A stretch of DNA of 64,000 bases, from positions 64,001-128,000 of IMG/VR virus record IMGVR_UViG_3300035193_000067; one strand, written 5' to 3'. The position numbers and the translations under genes were made by a program. The stretch's first letter is position 1, and each line of letters begins with the position of its first letter. Shown here one piece after another: positions 54,534-63,231 of this stretch. The stretch comes from a virus. The notes under the pieces are model-generated. The model saw only the letters and a program-made list of their open reading frames with translations, did not search any database and had not been told where the DNA came from.

Positions 54534-55328
54534 ATGTCTAAACCTTTTTTGAAATGGGCAGGAGGTAAAGCCCAGCTTCTCCAGCAGATTTACAAGCACA
54601 TTCCTGAGAATTTCGGGACATACTTTGAGCCTTTTATAGGAGCAGGTGCTGTATTCTTCTCCCTGAAGCCTGAGAAGGCTGTCCTGAACGATGTAAACGG
54701 GGACCTGATGAATACCTACCGAGTCGTTAAAAACAACCTGCAGGGCGTTATAGAGCTCCTACAGACGTATGAGAATGATGAGAAGTTCTTTCTGAGCATG
54801 CGTGAGAAGATGCCGATGGAGATGTCCGCTCTGGAAGCTGCAGCACGTTTTGTCTATCTGAACAGAACAGCGTTTAATGGGTTGTATCGAGTAAACTCGA
54901 AAAATAAATACAATGTACCTTTTGGTCATTATAAAAACCCAACTATCTGTGATGTCCAGGCGCTTACACTTGCATCCAAAGCATTAAAATCTGCGGAGAT
55001 TATGTCTACAGATTTCGAAAAAGTTCTGTTGACAGCTGAAGAAGGTGACTTTGTTTATATGGATCCCCCCTACATAAAAGTCAATCATAGCTCTTTTGTA
55101 GGATACTCCAAAAAAGGATTCAACGACAAGGACCACGAACGTTTGGCAGATCTGTTTAAGGAACTGATGGGCAGAAAAGTAAAATGCCTGCTGAGTAATG
55201 CAGACACTCCGTACACCCGGGAGCTTTATTCAGGCTTTGATATAATTTCTGTGGAAGCTCGCAGAAACATTAATTCCAACGGAAAAGGAAGAGGAAAGGT
55301 CGGTGAAGTTCTGGTAAGGAACTACTGA
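54534..55328 (+). CDS. dam: DNA adenine methyltransferase (Dam/D12 class)
   Basis: PFLKWAGGK, EPFIGAGAVF, FNGLYRVN..NVPFG and DPPY motifs. Confidence 0.93.
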   Translation: MSKPFLKWAGGKAQLLQQIYKHIPENFGTYFEPFIGAGAVFFSLKPEKAVLNDVNGDLMNTYRVVKNNLQGVIELLQTYENDEKFFLSMREKMPMEMSALEAAARFVYLNRTAFNGLYRVNSKNKYNVPFGHYKNPTICDVQALTLASKALKSAEIMSTDFEKVLLTAEEGDFVYMDPPYIKVNHSSFVGYSKKGFNDKDHERLADLFKELMGRKVKCLLSNADTPYTRELYSGFDIISVEARRNINSNGKGRGKVGEVLVRNY

Positions 55329-55335
55329 AGATATT

Positions 55336-55674
55336 ATGAACACGCATAAACAAAAAACAATATGTATTAAGGAAGACCTGGTGGATTTGAACATCATTCC
55401 TGTGGTAAACATTATTAACAATTCCAGGTTCATTACACGGTATTCCTGCGAAGGGAAGTACAGAGGAACTTATCCCTATGTAGGTTTCTATTCTTTCACA
55501 GAAAATTCTTCAGACTATGCCAGGAAGTTTTTACAGGACGTAGGCATGGATGAGGATTTCTGCAATTATCGATGTCTTGGAGACTCCTTCAATGCAGTGT
55601 ATTTCTATTCCGTCGATTCCCTGTTTGAGTTTTATGCAGCATACGATTTGTTAAAGGAGATCCCAAATGACTGA
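55336..55674 (+). CDS. Hypothetical protein
   Basis: ORF track; TRYSCEG motif. Confidence 0.55.
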   Translation: MNTHKQKTICIKEDLVDLNIIPVVNIINNSRFITRYSCEGKYRGTYPYVGFYSFTENSSDYARKFLQDVGMDEDFCNYRCLGDSFNAVYFYSVDSLFEFYAAYDLLKEIPND

Positions 55675-56041
55675 CGAAACCGTAGAAAAAACTGAAGCAG
55701 TTGAGGAAGCCATAGAAAAAGTGGAAGAACCTGAAGTAGGTGAAGGAAATTTGGTTAAGTTCTCTGAAGGAGAAAAGGTCTTTATTGGGACATTTGCTAT
55801 TGATTCAGGAATTGCGGAGATTACTGAGTGGGAAGTCAAGCAATTCGACCAGGGAAATTTCAGCGTTCTTCTGGAAGGTATGGTAAAACATCCGAGCGGA
55901 GATGAAGTTAAAGTGCATCAAAGGGTTGACTTGATTAAATCTTTTGTGTACAGAGACTATGAGTCTGCTAAACAAAGGCTTGAGCAGGACATGATTCGAC
56001 TCATCCTGAAAACTCAAAAGGCCTTGAAAGGATTGGGGTAA
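55667..56041 (+). CDS. Hypothetical protein
   Basis: AGGAG RBS. Confidence 0.6.
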   Translation: MTDETVEKTEAVEEAIEKVEEPEVGEGNLVKFSEGEKVFIGTFAIDSGIAEITEWEVKQFDQGNFSVLLEGMVKHPSGDEVKVHQRVDLIKSFVYRDYESAKQRLEQDMIRLILKTQKALKGLG

Positions 56042-56044
56042 GCT

Positions 56045-56905
56045 ATGGATCACTATTTAGTAATTTTGTATTTACTTGGGGTTTTACTTATTACATTTAT
56101 TATTAGTATTTCGTGGAAGTATTTATTAATTCGTTTTGATCGTAAAAAAGATATTTTCGGTGAGGGTGGTGGGGTGTATGTTTTAAGGACCTGCAATGAG
56201 GATTTAACATCTTACAACGGTTTTCAATGGCCTGAATCAGGTCCTGTTGAAGCTCCTGACTGGGATCCTGCCGCAGAATGCGGCAATGGCCTCCACGGCC
56301 TCCTCTGGGGTCAAGGAGATGGAACATTGCTGGACTGGTCTTCTAAAGCCAAATGGTTGGTTGTTCGCGTAACAGGTCCTATCACAGATCTGAAGCAAAA
56401 GGTAAAGTTCCCGGCAGGCTACGTGGAATTCTGCGGGGACCGCAAAGCTGCCACAGAATTTATTATCTCTAAAGGGGCTGACCCTGCTAATACAGTTGGT
56501 GCTTTCATTACTGTTGGAAATAATAAAACAGCTGCTACAGGTTACCAAGGAACTGCCACAGCCGGTGATGAAGGAACTGCTACAGCTGGTGATGAAGGAA
56601 CTGCTACAGCTGGTTACCAAGGAACTGCCACAGCAGGCTACCGAGGATCTGCCACAGCTGGCGATGGAGGATCTGCTACAGCAGGTAATTATGGAAAGGC
56701 TACAGCTAGCTGGAGAGGATCTGCCTCAGTTGGCTACCAAGGATCTGCAGCAGCCGGTAAGTTTGGTATGATTTCCATTAAGTACTGGGATGAAGAAGAA
56801 ACACGATACAGGTTGAAAGTAGGGTACATTGGAGAAAAAGGTTTGAAACCCGACACTCTCTACAAACTGGATGAAAACAATGAATTTACAGAGGTGCAAT
56901 CATGA
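56045..56905 (+). CDS. Mini ice-nucleation-protein-like repeat protein with N-terminal TM (paralogue 2)
   Basis: TM helix, InaZ-like N-domain, 11 ATAGxxG(T/S)-type octapeptides, InaZ-like C-cap. Confidence 0.8.
   Translation: MDHYLVILYLLGVLLITFIISISWKYLLIRFDRKKDIFGEGGGVYVLRTCNEDLTSYNGFQWPESGPVEAPDWDPAAECGNGLHGLLWGQGDGTLLDWSSKAKWLVVRVTGPITDLKQKVKFPAGYVEFCGDRKAATEFIISKGADPANTVGAFITVGNNKTAATGYQGTATAGDEGTATAGDEGTATAGYQGTATAGYRGSATAGDGGSATAGNYGKATASWRGSASVGYQGSAAAGKFGMISIKYWDEEETRYRLKVGYIGEKGLKPDTLYKLDENNEFTEVQS
56530..56760 (+). repeat. 24-bp coding tandem repeats (ggaactgc(c/t)acagc(c/t)ggt...)
   Basis: Encodes the ATAGxxGT octapeptides; boundaries approximate. Confidence 0.85.
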
Positions 56906-57621
56906 AATTATGGACAGTTACCTGGGCAGATATTGATGATGGATCTTTGATGGTTGATTATGTTTCAGCGCCTATCTCTTACAAATCTATTTTGAAGATC
57001 CTGAAGACCAAGATTCTGAAGAATCGATCAAATATACAATATATTGCCAAAAACGCCCCTCGGGCAGGTTTGGCGAAACTTGTGGAGTACCTGGCAGCCA
57101 ATGGGGTAAAAGTTGGAGTACGTACAACACCTGATCATGAGGATTCCAACAGATCTGGTTTAACCTACCTGAAAGGAGATGCAACATATCCTCAGACAGG
57201 TAATGCATGTGTTATTCCACATATCTGCAATGACTGGGGTCTCTGGGGTTCTGGTTTTGTGATAGCAGTATCAAAGCGCTGGGAGGGACCTGAGAGACGG
57301 TATAAAGCAACCTTTAAGCGCTCAGGACTGTACCTGGGAATGACTCAATCAGTTCTGGTTGAGGATGACAAGTATGTATACAACATGGTTGCGCAGCACG
57401 GAACTATCAGTAGAGACAATCCTCGACCATTATCTTACGATGCATTGTATGAATGCTTGACAAGTCTTTGTGCATTTGCTAAGAAGAATAGTCTGGAAGT
57501 GCATGCTCCAAAATTCGGCTCAGACAGAGCTGGTGGAAGCTGGGCAATAATTGAAGAAATGATCATGGAGACTCTGGTGAGAAAAGGTGTGAAAGTCTTC
57601 ATCTATGAGTACTGTGAATAG
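56902..57621 (+). CDS. Macrodomain (ADP-ribose processing) protein with extra N-terminal domain
   Basis: YLKGDAT, HICND.G.WGSGF..A, VYNMVAQ and PKFGS..AGGSW..IE motifs. Confidence 0.85.
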   Translation: MKLWTVTWADIDDGSLMVDYVSAPISYKSILKILKTKILKNRSNIQYIAKNAPRAGLAKLVEYLAANGVKVGVRTTPDHEDSNRSGLTYLKGDATYPQTGNACVIPHICNDWGLWGSGFVIAVSKRWEGPERRYKATFKRSGLYLGMTQSVLVEDDKYVYNMVAQHGTISRDNPRPLSYDALYECLTSLCAFAKKNSLEVHAPKFGSDRAGGSWAIIEEMIMETLVRKGVKVFIYEYCE

Positions 57622-57970
57622 GGAATTTAAGGAAAAGGAGAGTAATATGAATAACAAACTGTTTATGATGGAACCTCACAAGAGTAAGAACGGTTATGTA
57701 GGTTTAGTAGCTACAGGGGGTACGATGGGACAGTTATTAATTACATACACCCCAGGATACCCTTTCAAAACATATACAGATATTGTGTATAAGATGGATG
57801 CAGAGGATGTTGTACTTTTGGTAGTTGATTTATACCTTGATTTGGTTGATGATGATTATGAGAGAGAAATATCCTGGGAGAGCTTTAAAAAGCTCGTGGT
57901 AATGCGGAAAAAGATGGACAAGTTTGGTCTGCTGGACAAACCCAACAGATATTTGGGAGTAGCTGAATGA
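57605..57970 (+). CDS. Hypothetical protein
   Basis: Start probably MNNKL after AGGAG. Confidence 0.55.
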   Translation: MSTVNREFKEKESNMNNKLFMMEPHKSKNGYVGLVATGGTMGQLLITYTPGYPFKTYTDIVYKMDAEDVVLLVVDLYLDLVDDDYEREISWESFKKLVVMRKKMDKFGLLDKPNRYLGVAE

Positions 57971-58308
57971 TTACTGAAAAAGAACGGGATACCTTAACAA
58001 AGCGTTATGAGACTCATATGGAGTCTCAAGAAGTAGCTAGACAGGATTCTGAGAAGTACCAATCCTACGCAAATAGATTAGCCAGGAAGTACTCAGGTAT
58101 GAAAAAAGGATCCTTGATAGAACTTAAGGACAACTTTATTAAAGACGGTAAATTTACTAGAATAGTTTCTCACGTAGCAGGCGAGCTGATAGGATCGGAT
58201 TTAAGGATTTCTATCTGGCATGACACAGGGTTTACGTTTAATGACTTACTCCTGGTATACTTCCTTTCAGAAGGTCTTCCTGAGTACGTATCAGTAATTG
58301 AAAAGTAA
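57967..58308 (+). CDS. Hypothetical protein
   Basis: ATGA overlap. Confidence 0.55.
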   Translation: MITEKERDTLTKRYETHMESQEVARQDSEKYQSYANRLARKYSGMKKGSLIELKDNFIKDGKFTRIVSHVAGELIGSDLRISIWHDTGFTFNDLLLVYFLSEGLPEYVSVIEK

Positions 58309-58352
58309 CTGGTTTAAAATTTACAAATAAAGTATACTGTAGGTACGCTTTT

Positions 58353-58910
58353 TTGACAAAAAATAAACTAAGGAGGTTTCTTATGGTTAAACTTGTTAGA
58401 GATCCTAATATGTGGAAAGATATTGAGAGGCATTATGTTTTGAATTTCCACGATAAAGAGTATGAGGGTTATTATATAAACCCGTGGTGCAGTACGTCAA
58501 GAGATATGCCTGATGGTTATCATTCTGATTTTTTTGGAATTGTACTTGATGGTACTTTGTGTGGAAGTATTATTTATGATCTGGATATAGAGTCTCGCTC
58601 CATATATGACATCGGTGTCTTCATCTTCAAGGAGTATTTGGACAAAGGGTTAGGAGTGGTTGCTTTGGTTAAGTTCCTGGAGTACGCGACTAAGACTTTC
58701 TTTAAACTAACGTTTAGCTGTGTAACAGATAATACTCGTGCCAAGAAGATTTATGACAAAATCTTAAACATGGGAGGGGTATTTGTAGGTACGTATAGGG
58801 AGCATACAATAAGCGTAGATGGTAAACGTCATGATCTAATGATGTATGAGCTTATCTGCTCAGAGTTCAAACCAGACAGCTTATATAAAAAACTACTGAA
58901 GAGAGGTTGA
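58353..58910 (+). CDS. GNAT (RimJ/RimL-like) N-acetyltransferase
   Basis: IGVFIFKEYLDKGLG, DNTRAKKIY and GKRHDLMMY; start probably MVKLV after AGGAGG. Confidence 0.8.
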   Translation: MTKNKLRRFLMVKLVRDPNMWKDIERHYVLNFHDKEYEGYYINPWCSTSRDMPDGYHSDFFGIVLDGTLCGSIIYDLDIESRSIYDIGVFIFKEYLDKGLGVVALVKFLEYATKTFFKLTFSCVTDNTRAKKIYDKILNMGGVFVGTYREHTISVDGKRHDLMMYELICSEFKPDSLYKKLLKRG

Positions 58911-58951
58911 TATGATACTTGAAATAATTTTCAGGAAGTGTAGGATTTTTA

Positions 58952-60913
58952 ATGGATAACGGAGAGTACACTTATCATCACGGTTTTAATATAGCTGAGA
59001 TGGATAATTTAGCAGGTCCTGAAATAAGGGAATTACAGATAGGAATGCTTGAGGAGGCAATTCTGTATCACAGGAAGAAGTACTATTCAGGATCTGCCGA
59101 AATATCTGATCAGGAATTTGACATCCTGGAAGAGATGCTTCGAGATCGGTCTCCTTACAGTCCTGTTCTGCAATCTGTAGGAACCTCTCCTGACACGGAG
59201 AAGGTAAAGCATGACATTCCTATGCTGTCTCTTCAGAAAACAAAAGATCCTGAAGAAGTTATCCGTTGGGCTGCCGGAGAATCGCTTTTACTATCTGACA
59301 AAGTTGATGGATCTGCTGCATCTCTTATTTATGTCAATGGAGAATTTACTCTCGCAAAGACTCGTGGAGATGGTATTTATGGGGAAAATATTACTGCATC
59401 CATGAAGCATGTATCCTTTCCTAAAAAGATCTCTCCCTCTATTGAAGAGGTGCGTGGAGAGGTTTGCATACTCATCCAGGATTTCCTGAAGCTGCAGGAG
59501 GAAATGTCAAGACGTGGTTTACAGCCTCCTAAAAGCATCCGCAATTGTGTGGCAGGGCTTCTTCACAGAAAAACTGAGACAGATCTGTGCAAGTATCTAA
59601 CATTTCTTGCATACGGTATGGAGTCTTCAGATAGTTATACACGTGAAGATGATCTGTTTATTGGGTTATTCAGAGAAGGGTTTAGTCTTCCCCGGCATCA
59701 ATGTTATCTGCGTAATATTAAAGAGAGTATACAAAAGTTTCGTGAAGAACCTGTCGATTATCTGACAGATGGCTTGGTATTCTCTATCATGTATCTGTCA
59801 AACCAAACTGCCCGAGGTTTCACCAGCCACCACCCAAAAGGTAAGATGGCCTTTAAATTCCCTGCAGATGTTGTTACATCAACTGTAACAAACATTCTCC
59901 TGGATGTTGGAAGAACTGGAAAGATCTCTTTTGTTGCTGAAATAGATCCTGTACAGGTGCCTGGGGCGACTCTGAGTAAATGCACTCTGCATAACTGGAA
60001 GTACGTAAAAGACAACAGCGTAGCACCTGGAGCTGTCATTGAGATTATACGCTCCAATGATGTTATTCCAAAGCATGTAAGCACTATTCAGCCTGCAACT
60101 GTTGAGAAACCTGCAGAATGCCCTGTATGCGGCTCTGAGCTCTCTTTATCTGATACCGGGATAGACTTGTACTGCACCAACCTTAACTGCCCTGCAAAGG
60201 CTGCTGGACGCGTTGAGAATTGGGTTAAGGTACTAGGTATTGACAACCTTGGAACAGAACTGCTGAAGAACCTGTACGAGTCTGAGAAGGTTCAATCAAT
60301 TCCGGATCTGTACAGGTTGAAAGTTCAGGATCTCATGGAAATGCCAAGGATGGGAAAAAGATCTGCTGAAAAGGTATTCAAGAATATCCAGAAATCTGCG
60401 GAAGTTCCTTTTGACAAGTTTCTGGCAGGACTTGGTATAGAAGGGTTGGGTGTCAGCACTGCCAAGACAATTGGAGAGCACTTCCTGAGTATGGACAGTT
60501 TTTATAGAATATTTGACCAGGGTATACCTACTTTAATTCTTTCCGGATTGAGAGATATTGGGGATATTACTGCAGAAAACATTGTGAATGGGATGTTTGA
60601 TTACGGACTGAGTACTCTGGTAGAGATGCGGCAGGCTGGGGTAACAATTGTTGACCTGGAGGATCCCAAGGACTGTACGCTTTCTGGTAAGGTATTTGTG
60701 ATAACCGGCAATCTTTCCCGTCAAAGAAAAACAGTTTCAGACATGATTAAGAAAAAAGGTGGTAAAGTCTCCAGTAGCGTTTCTGGGAAAACTGATTATC
60801 TTGTATGCAACTCTTCCAGTGGTTCAAAAAAATGTCGAGCTGCGGGAGATCTTGGAGTACCTGTAATTACTGAAGAAGAGCTGTACAAGCTTATGGATGG
60901 TGGTAAAGAGTGA
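58952..60913 (+). CDS. ligA: NAD-dependent DNA ligase
   Basis: KVDG adenylation motif, TRGDG, AFKF, GRTG, C4 Zn finger, HhH repeats and BRCT domain. Confidence 0.96.
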   Translation: MDNGEYTYHHGFNIAEMDNLAGPEIRELQIGMLEEAILYHRKKYYSGSAEISDQEFDILEEMLRDRSPYSPVLQSVGTSPDTEKVKHDIPMLSLQKTKDPEEVIRWAAGESLLLSDKVDGSAASLIYVNGEFTLAKTRGDGIYGENITASMKHVSFPKKISPSIEEVRGEVCILIQDFLKLQEEMSRRGLQPPKSIRNCVAGLLHRKTETDLCKYLTFLAYGMESSDSYTREDDLFIGLFREGFSLPRHQCYLRNIKESIQKFREEPVDYLTDGLVFSIMYLSNQTARGFTSHHPKGKMAFKFPADVVTSTVTNILLDVGRTGKISFVAEIDPVQVPGATLSKCTLHNWKYVKDNSVAPGAVIEIIRSNDVIPKHVSTIQPATVEKPAECPVCGSELSLSDTGIDLYCTNLNCPAKAAGRVENWVKVLGIDNLGTELLKNLYESEKVQSIPDLYRLKVQDLMEMPRMGKRSAEKVFKNIQKSAEVPFDKFLAGLGIEGLGVSTAKTIGEHFLSMDSFYRIFDQGIPTLILSGLRDIGDITAENIVNGMFDYGLSTLVEMRQAGVTIVDLEDPKDCTLSGKVFVITGNLSRQRKTVSDMIKKKGGKVSSSVSGKTDYLVCNSSSGSKKCRAAGDLGVPVITEEELYKLMDGGKE

Positions 60914-61080
60914 TTGTTAAAGAAACTGCGTATGATCCTGATGCGTTAAGCGAGATATCGGAAGCAGCCAGGAAGATTCTGGATGAAATGTCTGAGTGGC
61001 AAAGACAGTATGCTGAAGAGATTATTGAACAGGCACTCAGCAATGAAGAAAGCAAACTCCCCAGGTTTTTAGGTAAATAG
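60910..61080 (+). CDS. Small hypothetical protein (56 aa)
   Basis: GTGA overlap with the ligase stop; absent from the track. Confidence 0.45.
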   Translation: MIVKETAYDPDALSEISEAARKILDEMSEWQRQYAEEIIEQALSNEESKLPRFLGK

Positions 61081-61083
61081 AAG

Positions 61084-61341
61084 ATGAGAGAACTATCAGA
61101 GAAAAAGAGAATTGAGTTAAAGTGTGAAGCAGAACACACTGCATTACAAGATCTTTACGGATCAATTATTGATGAAAGCTTATTACGGACTATTGAATGC
61201 ATGATAAGAAATTATTTCATGTATTTACAAGCAATGCAAGTAATACGCACTGTTCCTGATATAAAATGCAACGCTTTTACTACTTATGGTAATTCTGTTT
61301 CAATTACGTACACAGATCCTGAGACAGGTGAAGAGTTGTGA
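61084..61341 (+). CDS. Hypothetical protein
   Basis: ORF track. Confidence 0.55.
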   Translation: MRELSEKKRIELKCEAEHTALQDLYGSIIDESLLRTIECMIRNYFMYLQAMQVIRTVPDIKCNAFTTYGNSVSITYTDPETGEEL

Positions 61342-61360
61342 AAAAAAATGAAAAAATAAT

Positions 61361-61389
61361 TTGACAACATTCTTTTCTGCGGTTAAACT
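61361..61389 (+). promoter_or_regulatory. Sigma70-type promoter TTGACA-N17-TAAACT
   Basis: Near-consensus with an A-rich upstream tract. Confidence 0.7.
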
Positions 61390-61429
61390 TCTTAGTGAGA
61401 GGTTAAAATACCTCAGAAGGAGTTTAGCC

Positions 61430-61894
61430 ATGGCACGTAAAGCACTTCCCGGAAAATACATAGTAATCAACAATATGTACGCAGTGGCTTTCAATCCTAA
61501 TATAGAGCATGTCGACAAATGCCTGGGAAGATGTGCAACGTCTGCAGGTTTCTTCGAAGCTTCAGTAGTAGATGGAAAATTCTCAATTGAGTGTTTTGGT
61601 GAATCTGATTCTCTTGGTGGTTTGAAAAGCCGTCCTGTAGAAGATGCAGCATTGTTGGAAGCCCTGTTTGAGAACTGTGCAGCTATCCTGGTAGGGAGAA
61701 TGGTACCTGTTTTGTTTCCTGATACAGAGGACCTTCGAGAGTCAGAATCCGGTGAAATGGTTGAAAAATTCTCAGGAAAATGCTTTATTTCTCTTAAAGA
61801 AGGTGCAATATCTGTATCCTGTTCAGAAGTTGATGGAGACTCCAGTAGAATGTCAAAAATAGCTTCAAAAATGATTATGGATCTTATTTGTTGA
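61430..61894 (+). CDS. Hypothetical protein
   Basis: Start MARKAL at 61430 after AGGAG; the track's TTG start is the promoter -35. Confidence 0.6.
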   Translation: MARKALPGKYIVINNMYAVAFNPNIEHVDKCLGRCATSAGFFEASVVDGKFSIECFGESDSLGGLKSRPVEDAALLEALFENCAAILVGRMVPVLFPDTEDLRESESGEMVEKFSGKCFISLKEGAISVSCSEVDGDSSRMSKIASKMIMDLIC

Positions 61895-61901
61895 TTCTTT
61901 A

Positions 61902-61930
61902 TTGACAGCTTTACACTTCCGCATTATATT
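61902..61930 (+). promoter_or_regulatory. Sigma70-type promoter TTGACA-N17-TATATT
   Basis: Near-consensus. Confidence 0.7.
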
Positions 61931-61969
61931 TAACAGTGTAAAGCAGTTGATGCCAAAAGGAGACTCACT

Positions 61970-62161
61970 ATGTACGTAACCTACAATGAAAAAATAAATG
62001 CAATTGGCGATAAAGGTGCGACTGAGGATGATGCATGGTTGGATCATCATGATACAACAGGATCTCCTGATGGTTATAAACTAGCGGTATTAGGAAGTGT
62101 CACCGGATGCTCCCGCAAGCATGTGTATGATTTTGAAAACGGTATTTCCTACATAATTTGA
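61970..62161 (+). CDS. Hypothetical protein
   Basis: AGGAG RBS. Confidence 0.6.
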   Translation: MYVTYNEKINAIGDKGATEDDAWLDHHDTTGSPDGYKLAVLGSVTGCSRKHVYDFENGISYII

Positions 62162-62183
62162 AGGATTCCAAAAAGAGATTGTC

Positions 62184-62594
62184 ATGGGAAATTTTAACAA
62201 TAATGTACTGGACCGTGAAGTAGTTGAAGTAGGTAACTCAAAAAGAGCTATTGTAGGTGATTATGGTAAAGCTGTTGCAGGTGCATGGGGTACAGCTTTA
62301 GCAGGTTACTATGGGACTGCTGTAGCAGGTAGCTGGGGTACTGCCGAAGCAGGAGAGCATGGCACAGCTATTTCAGAGTATAAAGGTGTATCCAGAGTTA
62401 GCAGGGGTGGAAGAGCTGCCTCAGGTGAAAAAGGGCGTATTGAGATAGAATACTTTAACGACAATGAAGAAAGGGGTAGGGTTATAGTAGGTTACATCGG
62501 AGAGAATGGATTAGAGCCCTACGTATTTTACCATCTTAATGAATCTCATGAACTAATTCCCGTTGAGGGCGAATGCGGAAGGAGACTGTCATGA
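62184..62594 (+). CDS. Mini INP-like repeat protein lacking the N-domain (paralogue 3)
   Basis: 9 octapeptides (AVAGAWGT, ALAGYYGT...) plus VGYIGENGLEPYVFYHL C-cap. Confidence 0.75.
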   Translation: MGNFNNNVLDREVVEVGNSKRAIVGDYGKAVAGAWGTALAGYYGTAVAGSWGTAEAGEHGTAISEYKGVSRVSRGGRAASGEKGRIEIEYFNDNEERGRVIVGYIGENGLEPYVFYHLNESHELIPVEGECGRRLS

Positions 62595-62848
62595 AAACTA
62601 AAGAGAATATCCAGACATTGGTAACCTGTTATGATCATATTTCAGGAGTACATGCCCTGGATACTCGTATAGTAATTGATGGAAATCTTGTGGATCAGAT
62701 TAATCTTGCTCTGGAGACATACGTAACGCTGCAGCAAATATATCAGTTCCGGGCCTGTGTATGTCTGAACAGACACAGAGATGCTTCCTGGTGGGGAAGT
62801 GTAAAGAAATGTTCGAGTATTCAGGAAGTACTTGATTTTTTCAGATAA
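62591..62848 (+). CDS. Hypothetical protein
   Basis: Start MKTKE after AGGAG; ATGA overlap. Confidence 0.55.
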   Translation: MKTKENIQTLVTCYDHISGVHALDTRIVIDGNLVDQINLALETYVTLQQIYQFRACVCLNRHRDASWWGSVKKCSSIQEVLDFFR

Positions 62849-62860
62849 AAAGGAGAAATT

Positions 62861-63217
62861 ATGGAATCTATTAATTTTGATGCTCTTCGTGATGAATTGA
62901 GAGATATTTCAGGAGATGACGATCTTGAGTTGATCATTACCTCTACTGACAGCAACCGTTATGTTTACATAACTTCAACCGATTTAAAACCGGAGACTGT
63001 AGGTGTATTTGGAAAAGTTTTTTCAAAGGTTTACTTTACGGGATTCATTTCCAAATTAGATGTTATTTATAAGAAAAACTTCGAATTAAAAATAAGTCTC
63101 GGATGGGATAATGCTCAAGGAGGCTCCAATGGAACAGATTGTCTATGGGGTGTGTGGAACTATTCAGAAATGAAATGGTCTTTTATCCGGTTAACAGATA
63201 TGAAATTCCAGCAGTAA
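62861..63217 (+). CDS. Hypothetical protein
   Basis: AGGAG RBS. Confidence 0.6.
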   Translation: MESINFDALRDELRDISGDDDLELIITSTDSNRYVYITSTDLKPETVGVFGKVFSKVYFTGFISKLDVIYKKNFELKISLGWDNAQGGSNGTDCLWGVWNYSEMKWSFIRLTDMKFQQ

Positions 63218-63231
63218 AAAGGAAACAAAAA

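Noticed and set aside
56530-56760. Possible CRISPR array or DGR repeat
   Set aside because: 24-bp in-frame coding repeats without unique spacers; no cas or reverse transcriptase gene recognised in the window.
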